From the human T2T-CHM13v2.0 reference genome, Homo sapiens: 64,000 nt of DNA. The translations under genes and the position numbers were made by a program. The notes beneath the pieces are model-generated. The model did no database searches. It saw nothing but the letters and a program-made list of their open reading frames with translations, and was not told the origin of the DNA. The DNA is taken from positions 43,328,001 through 43,392,000 of the forward strand of contig CP068257.2 in NCBI GenBank assembly GCA_009914755.4, written 5' to 3'. Positions 36,566 to 48,406 of this stretch are shown here, in pieces. Position 1 is the first letter of the stretch; the number at the start of each line of letters is the position of its first letter.

Positions 36566-38959
36566 GCCACTCAAGTCAGGACGAAGAAGATGCCGGTTTG
36601 TGCGGCGGTGCAGGGAGTGCCCTGCCTGCTGGCGTGCCCTTGACACGCAGACAGGGAGAGGCTGAGTGGACTTGATCAGAACAGCCCCTGCGGGCATTCA
36701 CACCACCTCCTGTGGTCACCCCTAGTGGAAGGAAGGCCCAGCAAGGAGACCTTGACCTCGCTGGCCCTGGGGCTGGGACCGGCGCCCTGGACAGTGTCCA
36801 CTCTCCCATTTCCATGGAACCACCATCCTCTCGGGCCTCCCCAGCCGCCAGCACACGTCCTGGAGTAGAGCCCTGTGAGGGGCCTGCCGCGTGCAGGGGG
36901 AGGGGTGTATCACGTGGGGTGGGACGAGGCTCATCTCTGGGCCTGGGGCCCCAGTACCGTCCTCTTAGGGCAGCGAGCTGCCTCCCAGTCCCCACGACCT
37001 CTGCTTGGGATGTGGGGCCTGACCCGTTCCTGCTACCAAAACCCAACTCAAGAGTTTTCCCAGATGCCCCCGGGACCCATAAAGCCTCGAAGGAAGCCAG
37101 GTTGGTGCCAGGCCCAGCTCTGTCTCCCACCTGCTAGGTGCCTGCTTGGGCTGCCCCCTCATCTGGAAGGGGTGCTAAGTGCCAGGACAGCGCCCCAGGT
37201 CCGGGGCACTCATGAGTGACAGCATCCTCCAGGTGTGGACTACAGGGTAGTCGGGCAACTGGGATCCTGCTCCTGGCCCAGCGCAGCGGAAAGGACAGAG
37301 CCAGACCCTCCAGCCACCCCTTCCAGGCTGTCTCCTTGTCCTCAGAGTGGGCAGAAGATCCCTGCCCTCCCCACCTGCCTGCTGTGGGGTCAGCTAAGAC
37401 AATGGGTGTGGGACCCTCCACAAGAACAGCCCCCTGTTAACAAAATGAGACTTGAAGGAGTGAGAGCACTTCGGGGGGCCGGGTTTGTCAGGCAGAGATT
37501 GCACCAGGCAGGGGGCCGAGACTTTGGAGAGGACCTGGCTGGAGCACTCGTCTGCACACAAGGAAAACAAAGGCTCAAAGACAGGGCAGAGTTCAGACCC
37601 TCCGTTCCCAAAGTGGTGCCCCCCACCCCTCCCAGGACTGTGTCCACACAGTGGTGCCCGCCAGGGTGGGCAGGAGGTGTCCATGGACATGACTACAGCA
37701 AGGCCAGGGGCCGAGAGGGAAGGGTCAGGGAAGACTGGCCAGCTCGAGGGGATCACAGAGGCTGCCCTGGCCTTGTTCCTAGCGGACAAAATAGGACTGA
37801 CAGCTACAGACAAAGCCAGGCACAGCCCAGCACAAAGACAGACAGCCGAGGAACTGTGGTGCCCCAGTAGTTAAGGGCCAGAAAGAACATTTTTAAAGAT
37901 GTCAGGGTTGGCTGCCAGAATCCTCTTGTACAACATTCCATGACTGGGAGTTGTTGGGGACTTGAGTTCCAGGCTGGCTCTGCCCAGCCTTGAAAGCCTG
38001 GCTGGGCCTCGGTTGCCTCCTTGGAAAATGAGGGGCTAGACTGAGGCCCTGGGGGTCCTGGCTGTGCCCAGAGCCTGCCGTGCCAGGCCCACGAGGAGAG
38101 GTCAGGGCTGGGGGTGCCGAGCCAGCTTCCCCAGGCTCCGGGTCAGGTTATCCAGGTGGGAGGGAGGCCTAGCACCTCCCCCACTCCGAGGTCTGGCTTC
38201 TAGAATCTCCTGCAGAAACACAAACCCATCTCACTACACTGTAAACACAACATCCTTGGAATTGGAAATCAATGGCAGATGCAGGCAGATTCAGCCTCCA
38301 AAGCCACAGAAGGGCTGGGAGCGGACCGGAGCCAGGAGTTGCCACGGGAGGTGGGTGCCTGGGAGCCCCAGCACAGAGGTGGCCCCTCTCAGGCCAGGCT
38401 GGGCCGCAGCATCTGTGGGCCCCTCCACGCCCCCTCCCATCCGTGCTGGCCCCATTGGCCTGGGCTCGCAGCTGGACTGCTTCCTGGGTGGAGGCACCAG
38501 GGCCCACAGTGGTACGGCCTGGCATTGGTGCAGGCTTTTAAGCATAGATGGCATCTTTAACAAAAATGGGCTCTCACAGAATGTTTTTAAATTAAAATGT
38601 AATTCACATACCTCGGAATTTACCTCTTGAAAGTCCAGGCAGTTCAGCGGCATCCGGTCCACCCCCACTGCGGTGCAGTGCCAGGGTGAGCCAGCCACCC
38701 CCGGCGGGAGAAACACCATCCCCACAGCCGGCGCTCCTGTGCCCCCTCCTCCCAGCCCCTGGCAGGCCTCGCCTCTGTGCGTTTCCCATGGATGAGGTCA
38801 TAGAGCGCGTGGCCTTCCGTGTCTGCCTCTTCCGGGCAGCAGCATGGTGGGTGTTTCTGAGGCTCCTCCGTGTCGCTCCACCCGTCAGCACTTCATGCCT
38901 CTCGGGGCTGGGCCACATTTCGTTGCAGGGATGGGCCACGTTTTTAACCTGTCCATCAG

Positions 38960-39085
38960 CGGACGGACGTTTGGGCTGATTTTATCTTTTGGCTATGATG
39001 AATAACGCGGTGATCAACATTGATTCACAAGTTTTGTGCGGACCCGTTTTCAGTTGTCCTGAGTATCAGCCCGGGCCTAGACTTC
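38960..39085 (-). mobile_element. L1 3'-end fragment, antisense, GC-shifted
   Basis: ttttggctatgatgaataacgcggtgatcaacattgattcacaagttttgtgcggacccgttttcagttgtcc versus recalled consensus ttttggctattatgaataatgctgctatgaacattcatgtacaagtttttgtgtggacatatgttttcagttctc. Confidence 0.5.
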
Positions 39086-39500
39086 CCGGGTTATATGGTG
39101 ATACAGTTTAAACGCATGTCCTTGCCAAGCCTCGTGTTGAACTGTCATCCCCCGTGTTGGAGGTGGGGCCTGGGGGCAGGTGTTTAGGTCACGGGCGTGA
39201 CTCCCTCAGGAATGGCTTGAGCCATCCCCGTGGTGAAGAGTGAGCTCTCACTCTGGGTTCCTGTGAGATCTGGTGTTTAAACGTGTGTGGCACCTCCCCG
39301 ACCCCGCTGCTCCCGCTTTCACCACGTGACTCGCCTGCTCCCCCTTCACCTTCCACCATGAGTAAGAGTTTCCTGAGGCCTCCCCAGAGGAAGAAGCCCT
39401 TATGCTCCTGTACAGCCTGCAGAACTGTGAGCCACTTAATCCTCTTCTCTTATAAATGACCTGGTCTCAGGTATTTATAGCTCCATAAAAACAGCTTAAC
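39085..39500 (+). mobile_element. MaLR (THE1/MST-like) solitary LTR
   Basis: …ggtgaagagtgagctctcactctgggttcctgtgagatctggtgtttaaacgtgtgtggcacctcc…ccaccatgagtaagagtttcctgaggcctccccaga…cctgtacagcctgcagaactgtgagccacttaatcctcttctcttataaatgacctggtctcaggtatttat matches the THE1/MST LTR 3' half. Confidence 0.7.
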
Positions 39501-39869
39501 ACGTATGGTAACTCTGTGTCTAAGCATACAAGATTAAAAAAATACATTCACACCGTCTTCTGTATTGACTTCCATGGTTACCTTTACTAATGTTTTTATT
39601 TCTTCAAGTTGGTGTGAGTGGCTGTCTAGTGTCCTTACATTTCAGCCTGTAGACCTCCTTGTAGTTATCTGGTCTGCTAGTGATGAATTATCTCAGATTT
39701 TGTTTAAAAACTGTTAAAAATATTGATATATAGTATGTATACACACACACATATATAATTGTATTTATATTTAGAATTTTTAATATATATAGTTTTATAT
39801 ATAATACATGGTATTTATATAATTTTATTTATATTTTATCATTTTATTTTGTTTATTTATTTGTATTAA

Positions 39870-40930
39870 TTTCTCCTTCACTCCTGAAGGATAGCTATAC
39901 TATTATACAATTCTCGGTTGGCAGTCTTTTTCTTTCAGCACTTTGAATATGTCATCCTACTGCTTTCTGGCCTCATGACTTCTAATAAGTCATCTGTTAA
40001 TCTTATTTAGGATTCCTTGTATGAGATGAGTCCCTTCTCTCTTGCTATTTTTAGAATTCTCTCCGCTTTTCACGTTTCACAGCTTGATTATGATGTGTCT
40101 GGGTGTGGGTCTCTCTGAGTTTATTCTACTTGGAGTTTGTTGAGCGTCTAGGATGTGTAGATTAATGTTTTCATCAAAGTTGAGTTGGCTGTTATTTTTT
40201 CAAATATTCTTTCTTCCCTTGCCTCTGTCTCCTCTCCTTGTGGGACTTCATGATGTGTGTGTTTGTGTGGTTGATGGTGTCCCGGAGGTCTCTGAAGGTC
40301 TCTGTTCATTTTTCATCATTCATGTTGTTTTCGCTGCTGTTCTGTTTCTCAAGCTGGACAGGCTGACCTGTCTTCTAGTTTGTCCATTCTTCTGCCTGCT
40401 CAAATTTCTGGTGAGCCCCTACAATGAAAGCTTCATTTGAGTTATTGTACTTTTCACCTCCAGAATTTTTTTAAAGAAATAATTTACATCTCTTTGTTGT
40501 ATTTTCTACTTGGTGATACACTGTTCTCATACTTTCTTTTAGCTCTTTATACATAGTTTCCTTTAGTTCTTTGGACCTATTTAAAGCAACTGATTTAAAG
40601 TCTTTGTCCGTAACTCTAATCTCTGGGCTTTCTCAGGGACAGATTCTATTGTTTGCTTTTTTCCCCATGTTTGAGACTTCTTAAAATTTCTTTGTATATC
40701 TCTAAAACTCTTTTTTGAAAACTGGACATTTAATATAATAGAATGTTGTAATTCTAGAAATCAAATTCTCTTCCCTTCCCCGAGTTTGTTGTTTCTACTT
40801 GTTATTGTTGTTATTTGTTTAGTGATTTCTGGACAAATTCTGTCGAATCTATATTCTTTATCATGTGTGCCCACTGAAGTCTCTGCTCGCTTAGCTTAGT
40901 GGCCATCGAATAATTGGGCAGAGATTTCCT
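39870..40930 (-). mobile_element. L1-family LINE fragment (older subfamily), antisense
   Basis: cagcactttgaatatgtcatcctactgctttctggcctcatga…gagtcccttctctcttgctatttttagaattctctccgctt…gattatgatgtgtctgggtgtgggtctctctgagttta resembles L1 antisense ORF2-region consensus; AT-rich. Confidence 0.45.
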
Positions 40931-41639
40931 TAAGCATCTGGAACTGAAGAGTCTCCGTCTATGCTGAGGAGCTCCGTACAGTGATGGGGCATGCCGTCAA
41001 CACTCAGCCAGGCAGCTGTCAACTCTGCCTCAGCCTTCACTGCCTGCCTAACGATTAGTGGGAGATGAGCACGTGTACAGCCCTGGGCATGAGCATGGCC
41101 TTTGAGGTTCCCAGGAGTATGCAGGAGCTTTTCAGATCTCCCTATGGATGTCTCATTCCCCCAGATTTTCCTGTTAAACATTTTTGTTAGCCTATTTCCC
41201 CCCCCAACCTGTTATCCACTGCCTCAGGCACCTGCAATGTTAAATAATTGCCTGGTTTTTTTTTTCTTCTTCTTTTTAACAAATGCCCCTGGGCTGTTCC
41301 TACGGGTTAAGCTCCGAGTCAATCAGGCAAAGATAGTCTTGCAAGTAGAGTCTTCCACGGAACAGAGAGGCAGCTCAGATAATGACAGTTCTCCGGGAAG
41401 AGGCTTTGGGGGAGCTCGGCTTCAGTTCTCCACCCCAGTGGCTGCTAGGATATTGCTTTTCACTGAAATTTCATTCCTCACTGCAAATCTTTGGTTAATT
41501 TCCAGAGGTCTGAAAAAGCCGATTCTGATCATTTTTGCCAGCGTTCTCATTGCTTTCATCAATGAGGCTTTTTGGACGTCCTTATCCTGCCATTTTGCAG
41601 TCGTCATTATCTAGAATTTTAAAAACAGAGGTAATACTG

Positions 41640-42320
41640 ACGTGAAATAAACACACTTCTAAAGCATGCAATTTGGCAAGTTTTGACATGTGTACACTTA
41701 TGAAAACATCATCACAATCAAGATAACGAACCTATGCAGCACCCCCAACATTCCCTCTTGTCCCTCTGTGCAACCCCATCCCCCTTCTGCTCTCCGAGTA
41801 ACCCCATCCCCAGGCAACCACTGATCTGTTTCTGTCACTATAGATTAGTTTGCATTTTCTAGAAACTTGTATCAGTGGAATCATCCAGTATGGTTTTTTG
41901 TTGTTGTTGCTGTTGTTGTTGTTTTGGTTTGTTTCTTTTGGTCTGGCTCTTGTCACTCAGCATGATTATTCTGAGATCCGTCTGTGCTGCTGTGTGGATC
42001 AATGTGGCATATTCCTATTAGGATTCCATGGTATGGAGAGACTGCAATGATTATTCTGAGATCAATCTGTGCTGCTGTGTGGATCAATGTGGCATATTCC
42101 TATTAGGATTCCATTGTAAGGAGAGACTGCAGTTTGTTTACCGGTTCCCCTGTTGCTGGATATTTGGGCTGTTTCTAGTCCGTGGCCACTGCAAACAAAG
42201 CTGCTGTGAACATTCGTGAATATTTGTAGACAAGTCTTTGTATGGACGTATATGCTTTCATTTCCCTTGACAAAAAACTTAGGGTCAAAGGTCTGGATCC
42301 TGTGGGAGGCATATCATTAA
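41640..42320 (-). mobile_element. old L1 3'-end fragment, antisense
   Basis: …ggatatttgggctgtttctagtccgtggccactgcaaacaaagctgctgtgaacattcgtgaatatttgtagacaagtctttgtatggacgtatatgctttcatttcccttg… versus recalled L1 antisense consensus (ttgggttgtttccactttttggctattatgaataatgctgctatgaacattcgtgtacaagtctttgtgtggacatatgttttcatttctcttg). Confidence 0.6.
41962..42131. repeat. 85-bp tandem duplication (2 copies) inside the L1 fragment
   Basis: atgattattctgagatc(c/a)(g/a)tctgtgctgctgtgtggatcaatgtggcatattcctattaggattccat(g/t)gta(t/a)ggagagactgca repeated head to tail. Confidence 0.9.
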
Positions 42321-42322
42321 CT

Positions 42323-42638
<316 letters not shown>

Positions 42639-42719
42639 TTAATAAACTGTCAAACTGCTATTAAAAGTGGCTGTTCCATTTTCTGCCCCCACCAGCAGTG
42701 TCAGTTTCTCCACATCCTC

Positions 42720-43115
42720 AGTTATTTGATATCTTGGTCTGCTCATGCTGCTCTAGCAAAATACCACAGAAAGGCGGTGGGGGTTAAACCACAAAAGTTA
42801 ATTTTCCCACCGTTCTAGAGGCTGGAAGTCCCTGACCAAAGTGCTGCTAGATTTGATTCCCCGTGAGGGCTCTCTCCTGGCTTGTTGACAGCCACCTCCT
42901 TGCTGTATCCTCACAGGGCCTTCACAAGTGCACACATGCAGAGAAAAAAGAGCAAACTCTCTGGTGTCTCTTCTCATAAGGACACTAATCCTATTGGATC
43001 AGGGCCCCACCTCTAGGACCTCATTTTACCTTAATTGCTTCCTTAGAGGCCCATCTCCAATACAGCCCCACTGGGGGCTAAGGCTTCAGTATACGAATTT
43101 TGGAGGGACACAGAC
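42720..43115. repeat. nested interspersed repeat (family not assigned) inserted within the L1, bounded by a direct repeat ctccacatcctca
   Basis: The L1 antisense alignment breaks at …gtttctccacatcctcag (about 42710) and resumes at tccacatcctcatcaacacttgat (about 43120). The intervening sequence (…gttctagaggctggaagtccctgaccaaagtgctg…cttataaggacactaatcctattggatcagggccccacc…gacctcattttaccttaattgcttcc…) resembles a very common human repeat I cannot name reliably. Confidence 0.35.
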
Positions 43116-45090
43116 ATTCAACCATGACACTCCACATCCTCATCAACACTTGATACTGTCAGTCTTTTTCATTTTAGCCATTTTAATGTGTGGACAGTGG
43201 CATTTTATGGTGGTTTTAATTTCCGTGGTAACTAATGATGTCGATCATCTTTTTTTTGTGTTTTGATCTGAATTTCTATGTCTTCTTTGAGGGATTTTCT
43301 ATTCAAAACTTTTGCCCATTTTTTAATGGTGTTATTAGTTTTCTTATTATTGAATTTTGGGAGTTCTTTAAGGCATGCTGGAGTCTTATCAGATTCATCA
43401 TTTGCAAATATTTTCTCCTGCTTTGTTGCCAATCTCTTCATTCTCTTAAACATGTCTTTTGCAGAGCAGAAGTTTTACATTTTGATGAATTCTAGTTTAT
43501 TCATTTATTTTGGCGTTGAATTTAAGAAATTTCTGCCTAACCTACAAAGATTTTCTCATATGTTTTCTTCTGGAAGTTTTATAGTTTTAGGTTTTACATT
43601 TAGATCTATAATCCATTTTGAGTTCATTTTTTATATGGCCCTGGGGTATAGATCAATGTTCCCTCTTCCATGTGGCTATTCCGTTGTTTTAGCACCGCTT
43701 GTTGAAAAGACCCTCTTTTCTTCACTGAGAGTCTTTTGTCAAAAACCAATTGTCCATGTGTGTATGGCTCTATTTCTGAGCATTTTATAAACACACTGTC
43801 TTGGTTACTACAGCTTTATAAAGTCTAAAAATCAGCTAGTGTAAATCCTCCAACTTTGCTCTTATCTTCCAACGATGTTCTGGTTGTTATAGGGCCTTTG
43901 CCTTTCTATGTGAATTTTAGAATGAGTTTGTCAAATCCTCTTCGAAAAAAAAGCCTTTTGAGACTTCAGTTGGGATTTTGCTGAATGTGCAGATCAATTT
44001 GGGGATAACTTCTGTCTTACGCACATGGAGTCTCAGCCCATGAAGATGGTGTAAGTTTTCATTTCTTATGTCCTCTTTCGTTTACTCAGCAATGTTTTCT
44101 CATTTTATGTGTACAAGACTTTCACACCTTCTATCAGATTTATCCCTAGTTCATAATTTTGATGTTACGACAAGTGTGTTGTTCTTTCCATTTTAATTTC
44201 TGGCTGTCCGTTGCTGGGGTATGGAAATGCAGTGACTCTTGGCATTGATCTTGACCTTGCAACCTTGTGATGCTCACTCTTCAGCTCCAGCAGCTTTTTG
44301 TTTCGTGAATTCCATTAGATTTTTTTGCATAGATGAACTTGTCTTCTGCAAATAAAGACAGTATTATTCTTTTCTTCCCAATAACGATGCCTTTCATTTT
44401 CTTTTTTCCTTCCTAATTGCCCTGACTAGAACCTCCTGTGCAATGCTGAATGGGACCATTGAGAGTGCTGTCCCTGACTTGTTCCTGGCCTCAGGGGAAG
44501 CACTCAGTCTTTCACAAGTAGGTGTGATGTCAGCTGTCGGGTGTTCAGAGATGCCTTTTATCAGGTTGAAGAAGTTGCTTCTACTCCTGTTTGCCAAGAG
44601 TGTTTTGAGAATGCATGTTGGAATTTGTCAAATGCTTTTTCTGTGTCTATTGAGACAATCACATTGTTCTTCTTTCAGTTTGTTAATATGGTGACTTAAA
44701 TTGATTTTTACGTGTTCAATCCTTAAGACAATCCTGATATATTGGGGAAAATTCTCCTTGGTTATGATGTATCATCTTTTTAATATGTTGTTGGGTTCAA
44801 TTTAGTAAGCTTTTGTTTAGGACTTCTAAAGGGGGATGCTTGTTCCTATATTCTTCTCCTGTAATGTCTTTGGTTTTCATATCAAGATCATGCTGGCCTC
44901 CTGGAAGGACTTGAGAAAAATCCCTGCTTTTCAACTTTCTGGAAGAGCTTATGTAGAATTGCTATTAGCTCTTTCTTAAATGTTGGCTGGAGCTCCCCTG
45001 TGAAGCCGTCTAAGCCCGGGGTTATTTTGTATGTGAGAGGGGAAGATTTTTAACTACAGATTCAATTTGCTCATCAGCCTTCTGCTGCCT
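43115..45090 (-). mobile_element. L1 LINE, about 2 kb of the ORF2 region, antisense (older L1P/L1M-type)
   Basis: Long collinear similarity to L1 antisense consensus: ggtggttttaatttccgtggtaactaatgatgtcgatcatc…ttttgcccattttttaatgg…ccattttgagttcattttttatatgg…gcaccgcttgttgaaaagaccctcttttc…caattgtccatgtgtgtatggctctatttctg…gcagatcaatttggggataacttctgtcttac…ctgcatagatgaacttgtcttctgcaaataaagacagtattattctttt…. Confidence 0.85.
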
Positions 45091-47846
45091 CTCAGGGGCC
45101 CTCTGTGCCTTTCCAGGGTTCTCGCTAGGTGCAGCTCCCCTCTCTCACCCTCTGCCCTGCAAGCTGTGGCTGCCTTGGTCTCCCCGACTCTCAGCGTCCT
45201 CAACTCAGGAGATCCCTGGCTCCACCTGCGTCACCTCCCAGCACTGTGACCTGGAAACTCTCTCCGGGAGGTCGGCCGGGCCCTCAGAGGGCTCATCGCG
45301 TCCGTGTCCCATTTCTCGGGTCACGGCTCCTTTTTGTCTGATGCCCATTGCCTTGAGGACCCTGGTTTCAATAGTCTTGTCTCTTATTTAGTTGTTTTGG
45401 GCAGATAAGTACATTCAGCCCCTGTCACTCCATCTTGTCTAGAAGTGGAAGTCTACTGTCTTTTATTTCTTTCACTAGAATAGTAATTTAATACATGTTT
45501 ATTGTAGGAAATCTAGAAATACAAAGATACATGAAGAAAATGGTAGGAATCACTTATAGTCTCACCGACAGCTAACACGTTTAGTGTTCTCAACAGCACA
45601 ATATTCTCCATCTCTGCTGAGACCCATCCCAGCAGAGGGGTGCCCGCACGGCGAGGCCGGCACAGGCCCGCGTGGGACCCACTGCCAACGCCGAAGCCAG
45701 GGTGTGACCTCTAGCTGCAGGGCCAAGGCACTGAGGGGCAGCCCCACTCACCCCTCCTTCCAACCTCTCCAGCAACAATCGGTGAGCCCCGACCCTGCCT
45801 GGAACCCTGGGGCCAGGTCGTCTGTCTGGACAGCGGCCTACAGGGAACGCACCAGAAGGTGTGGTGGGGTGGTGCCTCCCACCAAATCCACCAAAATTTG
45901 AGGAGCAGCCGCATCAAGCCCCTTTCATTGCACGTCTGAATCCCCACGCGTGGCGTTTCCTTAGAGGCAATTTCTGAAAAAGGGATTTCTGCTCAAAGTG
46001 TGTGAGCCTGTCAGGCTCTGCCCAGTATGCCAAGTCTGCAGGACCGCGTCACATTTGACCAGATAATTATTTGGGAACAGCACCCGCATGGAGCAGCCCC
46101 ACAGAAGCTTCGAGCCCACACCTGGGTTCTGGCCCATTGTGTTCACGCCCCCCACACCCCGCCCGACCCCAGCTGCCGCAGGAGGGCCGGCTGATAGAGG
46201 TGGTGCAGACATTGGTCCTCACAGCCGGGCAGCCTTGAGGGGACCACACACCGCCCCGCCCAGGGCCTCCAGCACCTCGGCTCACTGCCCCGGTTCCAGC
46301 AGGAATGGGGGCCACACAACCCGAGAAACACAGACCACGCCACTGCCGAGCTGCACGAGCTTCAGCTGCAACAAATCGCCACAGAGCAGGCAGCTGCAAC
46401 ATCAGAAATGGACGTTCTCACAGCTCCAGGTCCAAAGTGGTTTCACTGGGCACAATAAAGGTGTAAGGTGTCTGCAGGACTCCTCGAGGCTCCTGCCGCC
46501 TCAGCCCCCGCGCTGCCCCCTTGGCCTCCCTCTCGTGGCCAGCAGAGCAGCACAGCGCTGGTGACACGTGGTCTGGTGGGGCAGACCTCCCCTGCTAAGA
46601 ACACCAGAGGCGCCTCAGTCCCACCCGGATGATCCGAGATAATCCCCCGTCTCAGGGCCTCTCACTGAGTCCCCCCTGCAAACATTCCTGCCAGGTGAGG
46701 TCACTTTCCAGGGATTGGGGCCCGGACATTCCAGGGCCATCACTCAGCCCACCACACAGTGAAAGCACAGGATGCAGTGTCACAATCAGACCAAAGAACT
46801 GTTCCTTAGCTCCTCTTAGGGGCAGAATAGAGAGCACAGGGCTGAGGAGTGGCCCCCTCATGGTCCCCCTATCTCACCTGCCTCAGGTCACCTCCAGACC
46901 CTTTAACACCCAATGGTGACATTTCAGAGGCAAGGAACAGATGGACAGAAATCAGGGATTTGTGCCTGCAGGGAGTGGTGGGCGGGGTTCAGGGCTGAGC
47001 GAAGGAAGCTCCGGCAGACAGGTCCTGGCAGGAGGCTGCAGAGAGGAGGCGGCACCTGAGCCCGAAGGGAGCAGCTGGGGAAGAGGTGTCTGGATGGGAC
47101 ATGCCTGCCACTGACCCAAGTCTGTTCCTGTGGGTTACCCATTTCCCACGTAGACTTCTTAAGGATGGCAGCCTGGGCAATGCCCTTGTCTCTGTCCCCA
47201 ACGCACACCTGGAACTGAGGGGGGAACGCATCTGTAGTGAAAGGAAGAGAAAGAGTAAAGCTGCAGCAACTCTTGGAGGGCTGAACCTGGGAGCCCAGGG
47301 AGGTGAAAGCAGATGGAGGCCCCAGTCCTGGGGAGGTGAAGGCAGGGGCAGAGGGGCCTTGATGGTGGTGGGGCGTGGTGGGGGCGTTGCAGAAACAGCA
47401 GCCAGGCTGGTGACTCTGGGGACTCCCCCTGCAGGGAGAGGGAGGCCCCGGCTAAAGGCCAAGGCTGCCCCGCACCCAGCGAGCTGTGCAAACAGCCAGC
47501 AGAAGGCCCACCGGCCCTCTGGGGACAGAGCTGAACTCACCCTGGGCTCTGCAGTACCACCAGGGGCAGCCTGCTGCTACAGGGCGGGCTCACACCTGGG
47601 GGAGCTGTGGGCAAGCAGGCCCTACCTTGGGGGCTGGCACTGCTGTGGGTCCCCTGGCTTTCACAGACCGACCACTCATGCCACCGGCACCAAGCGGACC
47701 TGGGACCTGCACGCCCTCGGCTCATCTGAGGGTGATACTGATGGGCTGTGCAAGGTCCCCAGACGCTGATGGGACCTCGATCCCAGCCAGTGTCAGGGCT
47801 CTTGACACCACCGCGAGAAGGAATTCAAGGACAAGTCCGAAAATAG

Positions 47847-48406
<560 letters not shown>

